Assembly: GCA_963843145.1 (NCBI GenBank)
Contig: CAWJJC010000005.1
Coordinates: 172,595 to 236,594, forward strand
DNA: 64,000 nt
Origin: an uncultured delta proteobacterium
Lineage (GTDB): Bacteria > Desulfobacterota > RBG-13-43-22
Direction: 5' to 3'
This document shows, piece by piece, positions 19,030 to 28,933 of the stretch (within the stretch, counting starts at the first letter, position 1; the number at the start of each line of letters is the position of its first letter). Below the pieces are notes generated by a model. It ran no database searches and had not been told where the DNA came from. It was given only the letters and a program-made list of their open reading frames with translations. The position numbers and the translations under genes were made by a program.

Positions 19030-20022
19030 TTGAGCAGACTGACGCGAAACCCCCATAGACCTTTAAGGGCACTGGGAGTCGATTTAGGCGGAACGCGTAT
19101 AAAAATCGGGGTGGTGGACGAGCGGGGTGGTTTATTTAATATGAAAAAATTCGCAACCCGCGTGGACTTAGGCCGAGAAGCCCTGATCCGACGGATTATC
19201 CGGTTGATTCACAGGAGCCTCTCTGCTGACCCTGACCTCCAAAACCCCCCAGCAGGCATCGGCCTGGGAGCCGCCGGGATGATCGATGTCCGGAAGGGCG
19301 TGGTACTCGTCTCCCCCAACTTCCCGGACTGGCATCAAGTCCCCCTGGCCCGATTGATCAGTGAGCAAACCGGGCTTCCCACTTTTTTGGATAACGATGC
19401 CAATGCGATTACCTATGGAGAAAAATGGGTGGGGGTGGGCAAAGATATGAACAATTTTGCTTGCTTAACTCTGGGTACCGGAGTGGGCAGCGGGCTTATG
19501 CTGAACGGGCGCCTTTGGTATGGAAGCCAGGGAAGCGGGCCGGAAATCGGCCACATGACCATCCAGCCCAAAGGCCGGCGCTGTGCGTGCGGCAATCGGG
19601 GATGTCTGGAAACCCTGGCTTCCGCCGGTTGGTTGGTAAAAACCGCTACTGAGAAAAGAGGGGCTGAATCCTTGACCCTTAATCACCCCCTAAAAGACCG
19701 GGCAGCCCTCAGTGCCAAAGACCTCTACCGGGAAGCGCTTCAAGGGGACCCTTTTTGCCGGGAGCTTTTTGAAAACCTGGGAGAGGCCCTGGGGATTGCC
19801 ATCGCCAATTTGATCCATATCCTGAGCCTGGAAGGGGTCGTTTTGGCGGGCGGCCTAAGCCGGGCGTCCACTATTTTCTTGCCTTCTCTGGAGAAAGAAT
19901 TTAAAAAGCGATTAACGCTGGTCCCTCCCGAAACAATTAAAATCCGCGTTTCCCGGTTGCAGGAAAAAAGCGGGGTCTTGGGGGCCGCCGGAATCGCCCT
20001 GGAACATTTAAATAAAGGATAG
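19030..20022 (+). CDS. ROK-family sugar kinase (glucokinase-like)
   Basis: GVDLGGT, DNDANA, TLGTGVG, EIGH, CACGNRGCLE. TTG start after GAGGA. Confidence 0.92.
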   Translation: MSRLTRNPHRPLRALGVDLGGTRIKIGVVDERGGLFNMKKFATRVDLGREALIRRIIRLIHRSLSADPDLQNPPAGIGLGAAGMIDVRKGVVLVSPNFPDWHQVPLARLISEQTGLPTFLDNDANAITYGEKWVGVGKDMNNFACLTLGTGVGSGLMLNGRLWYGSQGSGPEIGHMTIQPKGRRCACGNRGCLETLASAGWLVKTATEKRGAESLTLNHPLKDRAALSAKDLYREALQGDPFCRELFENLGEALGIAIANLIHILSLEGVVLAGGLSRASTIFLPSLEKEFKKRLTLVPPETIKIRVSRLQEKSGVLGAAGIALEHLNKG

Positions 20023-20025
20023 CTC

Positions 20026-20688
20026 ATGGCTGCTCAAAAAAAATCAATCAGCCGGAAAGAACTGCTGAAGAAACCGGATGAGTTTATTACCACTTCCAAT
20101 AAAATTGCCAATTGGGTCACCATCCATTACCAGAAGGTAATCTGGGTGGGAGCCGTTATCATTCTGGTGGCGGGGGCCTTTTTTGGTTACCGGGCCTATG
20201 CCGCGCGCCAGGAAAAACAGGGCCGGGAGGCCTATTTCGCCGCCCTGGAATTGCCGGATATCAACCAAAAGATAAAAAAATTATCGGGTGTCGCCGCGGA
20301 CTACCCCCGCACTCAGGGCGCCCAAAAAGCCTGGATCTCCCTGGGGAACCTTTATTATCAGCAGAAAGATTACTCCAAGGCGTTGAACGCCTACCGTTCG
20401 GCCCTGAATCAGGGGGACCTCCCCCAGGAATTTCAGTCGCTGGTCAACGAAAGCCTGGCTTACACGCTGGAAGAGAAAGGGGACCTCAAAGGAGCCGCCG
20501 ATGCTTTCAATCAAATATTAAAAGGATCCGATCCGCTGCTCAAAGAAAACGCTCATCTGAACCTGGCCAGGGTGTATGTCAAACTGGGCCAAACCAAAGA
20601 AGCCAAGAGCACTTATCAGGACTTCCTCAAATCCTTTCCCAATTCCATTTATGCCCCCCTGGTCAGAGATCGGTTGGCCAAGATGTAA
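20026..20688 (+). CDS. Membrane-anchored TPR protein (YfgM-like)
   Basis: KELLKKPDEF N-terminus, a single TM, then TPR repeats. Confidence 0.8.
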   Translation: MAAQKKSISRKELLKKPDEFITTSNKIANWVTIHYQKVIWVGAVIILVAGAFFGYRAYAARQEKQGREAYFAALELPDINQKIKKLSGVAADYPRTQGAQKAWISLGNLYYQQKDYSKALNAYRSALNQGDLPQEFQSLVNESLAYTLEEKGDLKGAADAFNQILKGSDPLLKENAHLNLARVYVKLGQTKEAKSTYQDFLKSFPNSIYAPLVRDRLAKM

Positions 20689-20698
20689 TAGTATAAAA

Positions 20699-20934
20699 GA
20701 CGCTTCGCCCTTTTGGGTGGGTACCCCCCAGATCTGGTATGGCCGCCGGGTCTCGGCGAAAGGGTTTTCCAAAGGTGCTCCGGACTTCGAATCCGGGCCT
20801 AAGTGTTTAATTTTATTTAAAGCAGGCCCAAACCCCGTGTTTCTTGGTGCCTCCAGGTTGGCCCTGCCTCCTGGAAAATAATTCAGTCTAAAAAACTACA
20901 TATTGTGGCCACCCACCCAAAAGGGCGAACAACC
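20699..20934. mobile_element. Putative MITE-like element (~236 bp)
   Basis: Perfect 19-bp inverted repeats at 20704-20722 and 20911-20929. 8-bp direct repeat GTATAAAA at 20691-20698 and 20935-20942. Partial copies at 17018-17052 and 30340-30405. Confidence 0.65.
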
Positions 20935-21081
20935 GTATAAAAATAAGAGGCTTGCTGGTTGAAAGTAACTGGTTACAGGATAAAATAACCGATACTGGAT
21001 TAAGACCAAAAACCTCCAAGCGACGATCAGATTTTCATGCTTCGCGGATGCTCGGCTAAATGGACGAAGCGTCATTTTTCC

Positions 21082-21110
21082 TTGACAAGCTATTTTAAAG
21101 AATATAGCGT
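21082..21110 (+). promoter_or_regulatory. Sigma-70-type promoter of iorAB
   Basis: TTGACA-17 bp-TAGCGT about 60 bp upstream of the start. Confidence 0.55.
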
Positions 21111-21172
21111 AGCTACAATATAACTATAAATTTTTTTCTTTCGAAAAAAATTTATAAAGGGGGGAGATCAAC

Positions 21173-23020
21173 ATGCACGCACTATTGTCGGGAAAAGCGG
21201 GAGACCAAATGCTATTGCTGGGCAACGAAGCCATTGTCCGGGGGGCGTTGGAGGCCGGGGTGGCCTTCGCCACCGCTTATCCCGGAACGCCTTCTTCGGA
21301 AGTGCCCTTGAATTTTTTTCAGATCAAGCAGGAAACAGACCTGTATTTCGAATATTCCACCAATGAAAAGGTAGCGCTGGAAGTGGCCGCCGGAGCCGCG
21401 GTCTCCGGATTGCGGACCATGGTCACCATGAAACACGTAGGGGTAAATGTGGCCGCTGACCCCTTGATGACCCTGGCCTACACCGGGGTCAAGGGCGGGA
21501 TGGTCATTTTGACCGCTGACGACCCCTCTATGTTCTCCAGTCAAAACGAGCAGGACAACCGTTACTACGCCCGGCTTTCCGGCCTGCCCATGTTAGAGCC
21601 CACCACCCCTCAGGAAGCCAAAGACATGACGGTCTATGCCTTTGTCCTCTCCGAACAGTTAAGCCTGCCGGTTTTACTGAGGACCACCACCCGGATCAAT
21701 CACTCCCGGGGCGTTGTCACCCTGGGAGAGATCGCACCCCGGCAGACGAAGGGAAATTTTGTCAAAGACCCCTTCAGCTACGTCACCGTCCCGGCCGTTT
21801 CCCGGAATCTGCATGTGAAACTCCTCAAGAAATACGATCAGGCCCGGGAAGAGGCCGATCGTTCTTCCTTCAACGCCATTATCGGCACGGGGAAGTTGGG
21901 GGTCATCACCCAGGGAGTCAGCTTCTGTTATGTTCAGGATGCCCTGGAGGAAATGAAGGTCACCGGGGCGTTCTCCGTACTGAAGATCGGTTTTTCCTAT
22001 CCCTTCCCCGAGAAGTTGGTTGAAAAATTCCTGACCCGGGTTGATAAAGTCCTGGTTGTGGAAGAACTGGAAGCGATCATGGAGGAGGCCGTTCGGGCCG
22101 CAGCCCAGAAAATCGGCCGGCAGATCCCCATCGAGGGCAAAGGACAGGGTCTGCTGACCCGTCTTTACGAATATGAGCCGGTCCGGGTTAAAAAATCCAT
22201 TTCCCAATATTTTGATCTGCCTTACCAGGAAAAAGAACCGTTGGATGTCTCGGATCTCCCCGTCCTGCCCGGCCGGCCGCCCAACCTCTGCCCGGGCTGC
22301 CCTCATCGTTCCACTTTTTATGCCGTCAAAAAAGTGGCCGGCGAAGAGGCCATCTACCCCACCGATATCGGCTGCTATACCCTGGGGATCCTCCCCCCCT
22401 TGAGTGTGGCCGATTTCGTCATCTGCATGGGATCGAGTGTCAGTTCAGCCGCCGGCTTCTCCCGAGCCACGGACAAGCCGGTGATCGCCTTTATTGGCGA
22501 CTCCACTTTTTTCCACAGCGGGATTACCGGGTTAATCAATGCCTACCATAACAACCATAAGTTCACTCTGATCATCCTGGACAACGGGACGACGGCCATG
22601 ACCGGTCACCAACCCCATCCGGGGGTGGACTCTTCCCTGCTGGGCCGGACGAACAATCAGGTATCCATTGAAGCCCTGGTCAAGGGGATCGGGGTGAAAA
22701 TGATCACCGTGGTCAACCCCAAAAAGGTGAAAGACACCATGGAGGCGGTCAAGAAATCGCTGGCTTTCGATGGGGTATCCGTGATCATTTCCCAGGAAAT
22801 CTGCCCGCTCTATGCCCGGCGGGTGCTGCCGCCCTCCAAAGCCAAAACTTTTACGGTCAATGAAAGCCGTTGCAAGAATCACCGTGACTGCGTCAATCTT
22901 TTTGCCTGCCCGGCTTTTTATATCGAAAAGGATCGGGTCAAAATCAACGAGAACCTGTGTATCGGCTGTGCCGTCTGTGCTCAGGTCTGCCCGGAAAATG
23001 CAATCCTGCCCCGCAAATAA
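21173..23020 (+). CDS. iorA: Indolepyruvate:ferredoxin oxidoreductase alpha subunit
   Basis: LLGNEAIVRG, YPGTPSSE, NEKVALE, MKHVGVNVAAD, SSQNEQD, CPGCPHR, DIGCY, GDSTF..LDN, C-terminal ferredoxin. Confidence 0.96.
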   Translation: MHALLSGKAGDQMLLLGNEAIVRGALEAGVAFATAYPGTPSSEVPLNFFQIKQETDLYFEYSTNEKVALEVAAGAAVSGLRTMVTMKHVGVNVAADPLMTLAYTGVKGGMVILTADDPSMFSSQNEQDNRYYARLSGLPMLEPTTPQEAKDMTVYAFVLSEQLSLPVLLRTTTRINHSRGVVTLGEIAPRQTKGNFVKDPFSYVTVPAVSRNLHVKLLKKYDQAREEADRSSFNAIIGTGKLGVITQGVSFCYVQDALEEMKVTGAFSVLKIGFSYPFPEKLVEKFLTRVDKVLVVEELEAIMEEAVRAAAQKIGRQIPIEGKGQGLLTRLYEYEPVRVKKSISQYFDLPYQEKEPLDVSDLPVLPGRPPNLCPGCPHRSTFYAVKKVAGEEAIYPTDIGCYTLGILPPLSVADFVICMGSSVSSAAGFSRATDKPVIAFIGDSTFFHSGITGLINAYHNNHKFTLIILDNGTTAMTGHQPHPGVDSSLLGRTNNQVSIEALVKGIGVKMITVVNPKKVKDTMEAVKKSLAFDGVSVIISQEICPLYARRVLPPSKAKTFTVNESRCKNHRDCVNLFACPAFYIEKDRVKINENLCIGCAVCAQVCPENAILPRK

Positions 23021-23038
23021 GAGGAGAGGTGTTCTTAA

Positions 23039-23635
23039 ATGGAAACTAAAAGAATCGTTTTCGTAGGTGTAGGCGGGCAAGGGAACCTCTTATCTTCCCA
23101 AGCCTTAGGGGAAGCCGCCATGCTGGCCGGCGTGCCGGTCAATGTCAGTGAAGTGCACGGCATGGCCCAGCGGGGCGGTGTGGTGGAGTCGGCCGTGGTC
23201 ATGGGTGGGGCTTTAAGCGCCATCGTCTCCGATGGAGAAGCCGATGTGCTCATGAGTTTTGAGCCCTCGGAAACCCTCCGGGCCTTGGCCAAATGCTCCC
23301 CGGCTTCCACGGTGATCACCAATATCGTGCCCCTGGTCCCTTTTACCGTGGCCGTCGGGAAGGGGACTTACCCGGATATCAAGGCCTCCCTGGAGTTGAT
23401 CCGAAAAAAAGTAAAACGCCTCATCGCCCTGAATGCCAATGCCCTGGCGGAAGAAGCCGGTTCGGCCCTGGCGGTCAACATCGTCATGCTGGGCGCTCTG
23501 GCGCAAAGCGGCATCCTGCCCCTGACCCGGGACCACTTTCTGGCGGCTTTGAAGAAAACCATAAAAAAGAAATTGCTGGAGGTCAACTTGAAAGCCTTTG
23601 ATTTGGGCTTCGAGGCGGCGGCCAAAATGGCCTAA
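23039..23635 (+). CDS. iorB: Indolepyruvate:ferredoxin oxidoreductase beta subunit
   Basis: GVGGQG, SEVHGMAQRGG, NIVMLGA, NLKAF. Confidence 0.95.
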   Translation: METKRIVFVGVGGQGNLLSSQALGEAAMLAGVPVNVSEVHGMAQRGGVVESAVVMGGALSAIVSDGEADVLMSFEPSETLRALAKCSPASTVITNIVPLVPFTVAVGKGTYPDIKASLELIRKKVKRLIALNANALAEEAGSALAVNIVMLGALAQSGILPLTRDHFLAALKKTIKKKLLEVNLKAFDLGFEAAAKMA

Positions 23636-23678
23636 GGATAAAGACGTTCGGCGTATAGCCTTCGGCATTCGGCGAAAC

Positions 23679-23708
23679 AAAAAAGCACCCCCACCCGGGT
23701 GCTTTTTT
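23679..23708. terminator. Bidirectional intrinsic terminator between iorB and hisD
   Basis: AAAAAAGCACCC-ccaccc-GGGTGCTTTTTT. Confidence 0.85.
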
Positions 23709-23760
23709 ACCTTTCGGTTCAGTTTTTTCGCCGAACGCCGAACTCCGAACGCATCACGTG

Positions 23761-25062
23761 TTACGGCTTTTCGAAGCGGACCTCGATCGTCTTGGCATGC
23801 AGGGGAAGCCCTTCTTTCCGGGCTAACAGGGTAATCGTATCCTTCAGCCCTTGAAGGCCTTTACGGCTCAGGTATTGGAAAGTCGGTTTCTTGATGAAAT
23901 CATCCACTGAGAGCCCGGAAAACATCCGCGCGCATCCGCCCGTCGGCAAGACATGATTAGTTCCCGAGGCGTAATCGCCCGCTGGGACGGGGGCATAGGC
24001 TCCCATGAAGATAGACCCGGCGTGTTTAATCTGGGGAAGGATGATCCAGGGATCTTCCGTGACGATCTGGAGGTGTTCGGCGGCATAGGCATTGGCAAAA
24101 TCCACCGCTTCTTTCAGATGGGAAGTGACCAGGATCGCCGAATGACGGGTCAAGGCCGCCTCGATAATCGCTTTTCTTTCCAACCCCGGTAATTCCGTAT
24201 TGATCATCCGGCAGATTTCCGCGGCCAGTTTTTCTGAAGGGGTCACCAGCACCGCCCCGGCATCCGGATCGTGTTCAATTTGAGAGAGAAAATCCCAGAC
24301 TAGCCATTCCGCCTTAGCCGTTTCATCGGCCACGATCAGGGCTTCGCTGGGACCGGCCGGCGAGTCAATGTCCACGATCCCAAAAACCGCCATTTTGGCC
24401 GCAGTTACATATTTATTCCCCGGCCCGACGATCTTGTCCACCTTGGGTATGATTCCCGTGCCGTAGGCCAACCCGGCAATGGCCCAGGGGCCGCCGATCT
24501 TAAACAAATAATCGGCTCCGGCAATGTCGGCGGCCACGATGGTTACCGGATCTACCACCTGGCCCTTCTTGGGTGGAGTGCAGGCCACCACGGTCTTCAC
24601 CCCGGCCACCTTGGCCGGAATGATGTTCATCAGGACACTGGACGGATAGTTGGCCAGACCTCCCGGCACATAGGCCCCTGCCGAATCCAGGGGGCGGGTA
24701 ACCCTCCCGGCTAAAATACCCTCCCGGATTTCGACCGTCCACATGTCCCGCTCCAACTGGGCGCGATGAAACTTCTCTATATTTCGGGATGCGGCTTTCA
24801 GCGCCTGGACCACTTCCTTCTCGACCTGCTGATAGGCGGTTTTCACCTCTTCCGGTTGAACCTGTAAATCCTGAAGGGTAATTCGGGCTTTATTTTTTTG
24901 ATAATGCTTTAAAATGACCTCATCCCCATCTCTTTGGATAGAGTGAACTATGGCCCGCGTCTCCTCGTAAATGCCGGAGATATCCTCCATGGACCTGGTA
25001 ATGAGCGCAGCCCGGCGTTCGGGATTAAGGTCTTGCAGTCGTTCCGGTCGAATAAATTCCAT
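23761..25062 (-). CDS. hisD: Histidinol dehydrogenase
   Basis: [58 protein letters not shown]. Confidence 0.9.
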   Translation of the reverse strand: MEFIRPERLQDLNPERRAALITRSMEDISGIYEETRAIVHSIQRDGDEVILKHYQKNKARITLQDLQVQPEEVKTAYQQVEKEVVQALKAASRNIEKFHRAQLERDMWTVEIREGILAGRVTRPLDSAGAYVPGGLANYPSSVLMNIIPAKVAGVKTVVACTPPKKGQVVDPVTIVAADIAGADYLFKIGGPWAIAGLAYGTGIIPKVDKIVGPGNKYVTAAKMAVFGIVDIDSPAGPSEALIVADETAKAEWLVWDFLSQIEHDPDAGAVLVTPSEKLAAEICRMINTELPGLERKAIIEAALTRHSAILVTSHLKEAVDFANAYAAEHLQIVTEDPWIILPQIKHAGSIFMGAYAPVPAGDYASGTNHVLPTGGCARMFSGLSVDDFIKKPTFQYLSRKGLQGLKDTITLLARKEGLPLHAKTIEVRFEKP

Positions 25063-25134
25063 AGATGGTTCGTCTCCTTAGGGAGTTTAGTAGGCAAGTA
25101 AACCGTTTGGATATAATGAACCCTCGGGAGGTTG

Positions 25135-25680
25135 TCAAGTGGAAAAGCGAGCCAGATAATCCCGCAAGGCATCCCGGGTGCTGGAAAAGGCCAAGTTCTC
25201 CCAGGGAATTTCGGGGGGATGGAATAGTCCAATCTCCAAGGTTTCGTCCCCGGCTTGAGGCGCGCCGGCCAACCATTCGGCTAAGTAGGCCACAATTACC
25301 ACCAGACTGCCGGGGTAAGAATAAATGTTCAGCAGGGAAGTAAGACGGACCTCCATCTCGGTTTCTTCCAATGTCTCCCGGATGGCCGCCGATTCCACGG
25401 TTTCACCCCGGTCCACAAACCCTCCGGGGATGACCCATTGGCCGTAACCGGGCGAGATGGCGCGCCTAACCAGGACAATTCGATCTTCATAGGTAGTCAC
25501 GGTGCAGGCGGCTATCTTGGGATCCAAATAATAGACAAACCCACAGCGACGGCAGACCAATCGTTCCGGTTCTTTGGGTTTTATCACCCGTTGATCTAAA
25601 TCGCCAGCGCATAAGGGGCAAAATCGGTAAGGGGGCTGCCCCTGGTGGGGATGGACCATTCGGGGTTCTAAATCGGCCAT
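25135..25680 (-). CDS. NUDIX hydrolase with N-terminal zinc ribbon
   Basis: FCPLC..CRRC; Nudix box GGFVDRGETVESAAIRETLEET. Confidence 0.92.
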   Translation of the reverse strand: MADLEPRMVHPHQGQPPYRFCPLCAGDLDQRVIKPKEPERLVCRRCGFVYYLDPKIAACTVTTYEDRIVLVRRAISPGYGQWVIPGGFVDRGETVESAAIRETLEETEMEVRLTSLLNIYSYPGSLVVIVAYLAEWLAGAPQAGDETLEIGLFHPPEIPWENLAFSSTRDALRDYLARFST

Positions 25681-25794
25681 AATCAGCTATTCTACGGCAG
25701 ACCCCCGGGGAAATAAAGACTTTTTTCTTGATTCCTGGGGCTATTCCCGTTAAATATAAAAGTTTATGTAAAGGAATTCAGGGAAGGAGCAGTT

Positions 25795-26448
25795 TTGGAA
25801 AAAGAGAAAACCTCGGGGAAAGCCCCGTACAAGAAAAAATCAACTATCCGGGAATATGCCGAATCCATTGCCATTGCCATCCTATTGGCCCTGGTGATTC
25901 GGGCCTTTGTGGTCCAGGCCTTTAAAATCCCCTCCGGTTCCATGAAGCCGACCCTTCAAATCGGCGACCATATTCTGGTGAATAAGTTCATCTATGGGGT
26001 CAAGTTGCGTGTTCCCTTTACCTCCCTCAACTATACCCTGATCCCGATCCGCCAACCCCAACGCAATGACGTCATTGTTTTTATTTATCCGATTGACCCT
26101 AGCAAGGACTTCATTAAACGGGTAGTCGGCCTTCCAGGGGATACGGTTCAGGTGTCTGATAAGAAGGTTTTTATCAATAATCAACCCTTTGAGGATGTTC
26201 ATGGTTTCCACAGCGACCAGAATGTGATTCCTTATTTTGAGCAACCCCGAGACTTCCTGGGTCCCATCAAAGTTCCCCCCCACAAACTGTTTGTTATGGG
26301 GGACAACCGCGACGAAAGCTATGACAGCCGTTATTGGGGCTTCGTGGACCAAAAAGCCATTATCGGCCAGGCCTTTATTATATACTGGTCCTGGGACCGG
26401 CTCAATTTCGGCGTCCGCTGGAACCGCCTGGGGCGCCTGATAAAATAA
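25795..26448 (+). CDS. lepB: Signal peptidase I
   Basis: IPSGSMKPTL, FIKRVVGLPGD, MGDNRDESYDSRYWG. Confidence 0.96.
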   Translation: MEKEKTSGKAPYKKKSTIREYAESIAIAILLALVIRAFVVQAFKIPSGSMKPTLQIGDHILVNKFIYGVKLRVPFTSLNYTLIPIRQPQRNDVIVFIYPIDPSKDFIKRVVGLPGDTVQVSDKKVFINNQPFEDVHGFHSDQNVIPYFEQPRDFLGPIKVPPHKLFVMGDNRDESYDSRYWGFVDQKAIIGQAFIIYWSWDRLNFGVRWNRLGRLIK

Positions 26449-26605
26449 AGGTTCCTCAACTTTTTTTAAAGCAGGCCCAAAACGGCTTGACTATTTTTGA
26501 TTAGTAGTTGATTATTAGATATTTGACCTGATCCGGCTCTTGATGTTCAACCCTCCACCAAGAATATTTGAATTTTTGGTGGAGCTTCTCCGACGCAAAG
26601 GAAAT

Positions 26606-26704
26606 ATGATGACCTGGGACATTATCCCGCAACCTTCCACCCCCTCTCCCATCGGGCTAGAGGGGGTTTTTTTTAACCCCCAGGGGTTCCGCCATGCCTT
26701 TTAG
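26606..26704 (+). promoter_or_regulatory. Putative pyrB leader peptide ORF (32 aa) with attenuator terminator at 26639-26674
   Basis: SD AAGGA then ATG 26606. The ORF runs through the hairpin ACCCCCTCT...AGAGGGGGT plus T8 and stops at TAG 26702-26704, overlapping the pyrB start. Confidence 0.6.
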
Positions 26705-27620
26705 TCGCCACCACTTAACCGGGATGAAAGGGTTAACCCGGGAAGAGATCGAGACCATTCTGACTACCGCCGAGTCTCTCAAGGAAATCTCCTTCCGGGA
26801 CATAAAAAAAGTCCCTACGCTGAGAGGGAAAACGGTAGTCAATTTCTTCCATGAGCCCAGCACGCGTACGCGGACTTCCTTTGAAATCGCCGCCAAACGG
26901 CTAAGCGCTGATACGGTCAGCTTGTCCGCCGGAACCAGTTCCCTGGTCAAAGGCGAAACGCTGATTGATACGGCTAAAAACCTGGAAGCCATGGCCCCCG
27001 ATGTCATCGTGATTCGCCATTCCATGGCCGGTGCGCCGCACCTGCTCTCCCGCTCCGTCAAAGCTTCCATTATTAACGCCGGGGACGGGATGCATGAACA
27101 CCCTACCCAGGCCTTACTGGACCTGATGACCATCCGGGAAAAAAAAGGGACGCTCCAGGGTCTTCAGGTGGCGATTATCGGCGATATTGCCCACAGCCGG
27201 GTCGCTCGGTCCAATATCATCGGACTGAAGACCATGGGGGCCAATGTGATGGTCGCCGGCCCTCCGACCATGATCCCTCCCCACCTCGATGCCTTCGGGG
27301 TGGAAGTCAGTTTTCAACTTGAAGAAATCATTCCCCGAGCAGACGTGATCATGATGCTGCGGGTCCAGTTGGAAAGGCAACAGCAACTGCTATTCCCCTC
27401 CTTAAGGGAATATTCCCGTTTTTTCGGCCTCCATCCCGGAAACATGAAAAAGGCGAAAAAGGATGTCATCCTCATGCACCCCGGCCCGGTCAACCGGGGG
27501 GTGGAACTTCATCCCGATTTGGCCGATGGACCGTTTTCGGTAATACTCGACCAGGTAACCAATGGGGTGGCTGTTCGGATGGCCATGCTCTACCTGCTTT
27601 TGGGAGGTGAGCGGAAGTGA
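26694..27620 (+). CDS. pyrB: Aspartate carbamoyltransferase catalytic subunit
   Basis: [44 protein letters not shown]. Confidence 0.97.
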   Translation: MPFSRHHLTGMKGLTREEIETILTTAESLKEISFRDIKKVPTLRGKTVVNFFHEPSTRTRTSFEIAAKRLSADTVSLSAGTSSLVKGETLIDTAKNLEAMAPDVIVIRHSMAGAPHLLSRSVKASIINAGDGMHEHPTQALLDLMTIREKKGTLQGLQVAIIGDIAHSRVARSNIIGLKTMGANVMVAGPPTMIPPHLDAFGVEVSFQLEEIIPRADVIMMLRVQLERQQQLLFPSLREYSRFFGLHPGNMKKAKKDVILMHPGPVNRGVELHPDLADGPFSVILDQVTNGVAVRMAMLYLLLGGERK

Positions 27621-28933
27621 AATATTTAATCAAGGGGGGGCGTCTCATCGATCCAGCCAATCAGATGGACGACCTCATAGATATCTACATTCATAACGGA
27701 AAAATTCAGGACCTGCTGCCCGCCGCCCCCAAAAGGACCGACAGAGAGCTGACCGATTACAGGATCATCCCGGCCGAGGGCCTGGTGGTGACTCCCGGCC
27801 TAATCGATATGCATACCCATTTGCGGGAACCTGGCCAGGAATACAAAGAAACCATACTCACCGGCGCCCGGGCCGCCGTGGCGGGAGGCTTTGCCGCCGT
27901 GGCCTGCATGCCGAACACCCAGCCGGTAAATGACCAGCGTTCGGTTTGTGAATATATAGTCAGCAAGGCCAGAGAAGCCCGATTGGCTAAAATTTTTCCG
28001 GTAGGGGCCATCAGCATCGGTCTCCGCGGGGAGGCGCTGGCGGAGTATGGGGACCTCAAGGAAGGCGGAGCGGTGGCCCTTTCCGATGACGGCCGGCCGG
28101 TCATGAACGGCCAGTTGATGCGGCGGGCCATGGAATACGCCAAAGCCTTCCGTCTGCCCATCATTTCCCATTGTGAAGACCTCCATTTAAGCCAATCCGG
28201 GGTTATGAACGAAGGCCCGACCTCCACCTGGCTGGGGCTAAGGGGTATTCCGGCCGCGGCGGAGGAGACCATGGTCCAGCGGGACATCTTGCTTTGCCAG
28301 CTTACCGGCCATCCGTTGCATATTGCCCATGTAAGCACCGCCGGATCCGTTCAGTTCATTCGAGAAGCCAAAAAAAAGGGGTTGCCGGTTTCCGCAGAAA
28401 CGGCCCCTCATTATTTCACTCTGACGGAAGAGACCTTAGTCGGTTTCGACACCCTGGCCAAGGTCAATCCCCCTTTGCGAAGCCGCGAGGATCTTCAGGC
28501 CATCCAAAAGGGATTAAAAGACGGGACCCTTGACGTCATCGCCTCCGACCACGCCCCTCACAGCTCGTTGGAGAAAGAGGTCGAATTTGAGCAGGCCTTA
28601 AGCGGCCTCGTCGGCCTGGAAACCGCCCTGCCCCTGACGCTGCAGTTGGTCCACAAGGGGCTCTTAACCCTGCCCCAGGCTATCGCCAAGTTCACCATCG
28701 GACCGGCTCGGGTATTGAATCTGGAAGGCTGGGGGCAGCTCCAGCGGAGTGGCCCCGCCCACTTGACGATATTGGATCCTACCTTGGAATTTCAGGTCGA
28801 TGTCCAACAATTCCGGTCAAAGAGCAGGAATTCCCCCTTCAACGGCTTTGAATTGAAGGGGAAGGCCCTTTTAACCATGGTAGACGGTCGAATCGTCCAC
28901 AATCTGTTATTCCAAACCCTTGAGGGCTTATGA
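27617..28933 (+). CDS. pyrC: Dihydroorotase (class I)
   Basis: [43 protein letters not shown]. Confidence 0.95.
   Translation: MKYLIKGGRLIDPANQMDDLIDIYIHNGKIQDLLPAAPKRTDRELTDYRIIPAEGLVVTPGLIDMHTHLREPGQEYKETILTGARAAVAGGFAAVACMPNTQPVNDQRSVCEYIVSKAREARLAKIFPVGAISIGLRGEALAEYGDLKEGGAVALSDDGRPVMNGQLMRRAMEYAKAFRLPIISHCEDLHLSQSGVMNEGPTSTWLGLRGIPAAAEETMVQRDILLCQLTGHPLHIAHVSTAGSVQFIREAKKKGLPVSAETAPHYFTLTEETLVGFDTLAKVNPPLRSREDLQAIQKGLKDGTLDVIASDHAPHSSLEKEVEFEQALSGLVGLETALPLTLQLVHKGLLTLPQAIAKFTIGPARVLNLEGWGQLQRSGPAHLTILDPTLEFQVDVQQFRSKSRNSPFNGFELKGKALLTMVDGRIVHNLLFQTLEGL

Noticed and set aside
20780-20800. tRNA fragment or att site (GACTTCGAATCC, also near 30390)
   Set aside because: No cloverleaf and no match to the 3' ends of the two tRNA-Ser genes; better explained as part of the dispersed element.
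23761-25062. Sulfopropanediol dehydrogenase HpsN
   Set aside because: The GDY motif is of HisD type and no sulfonate genes are nearby.
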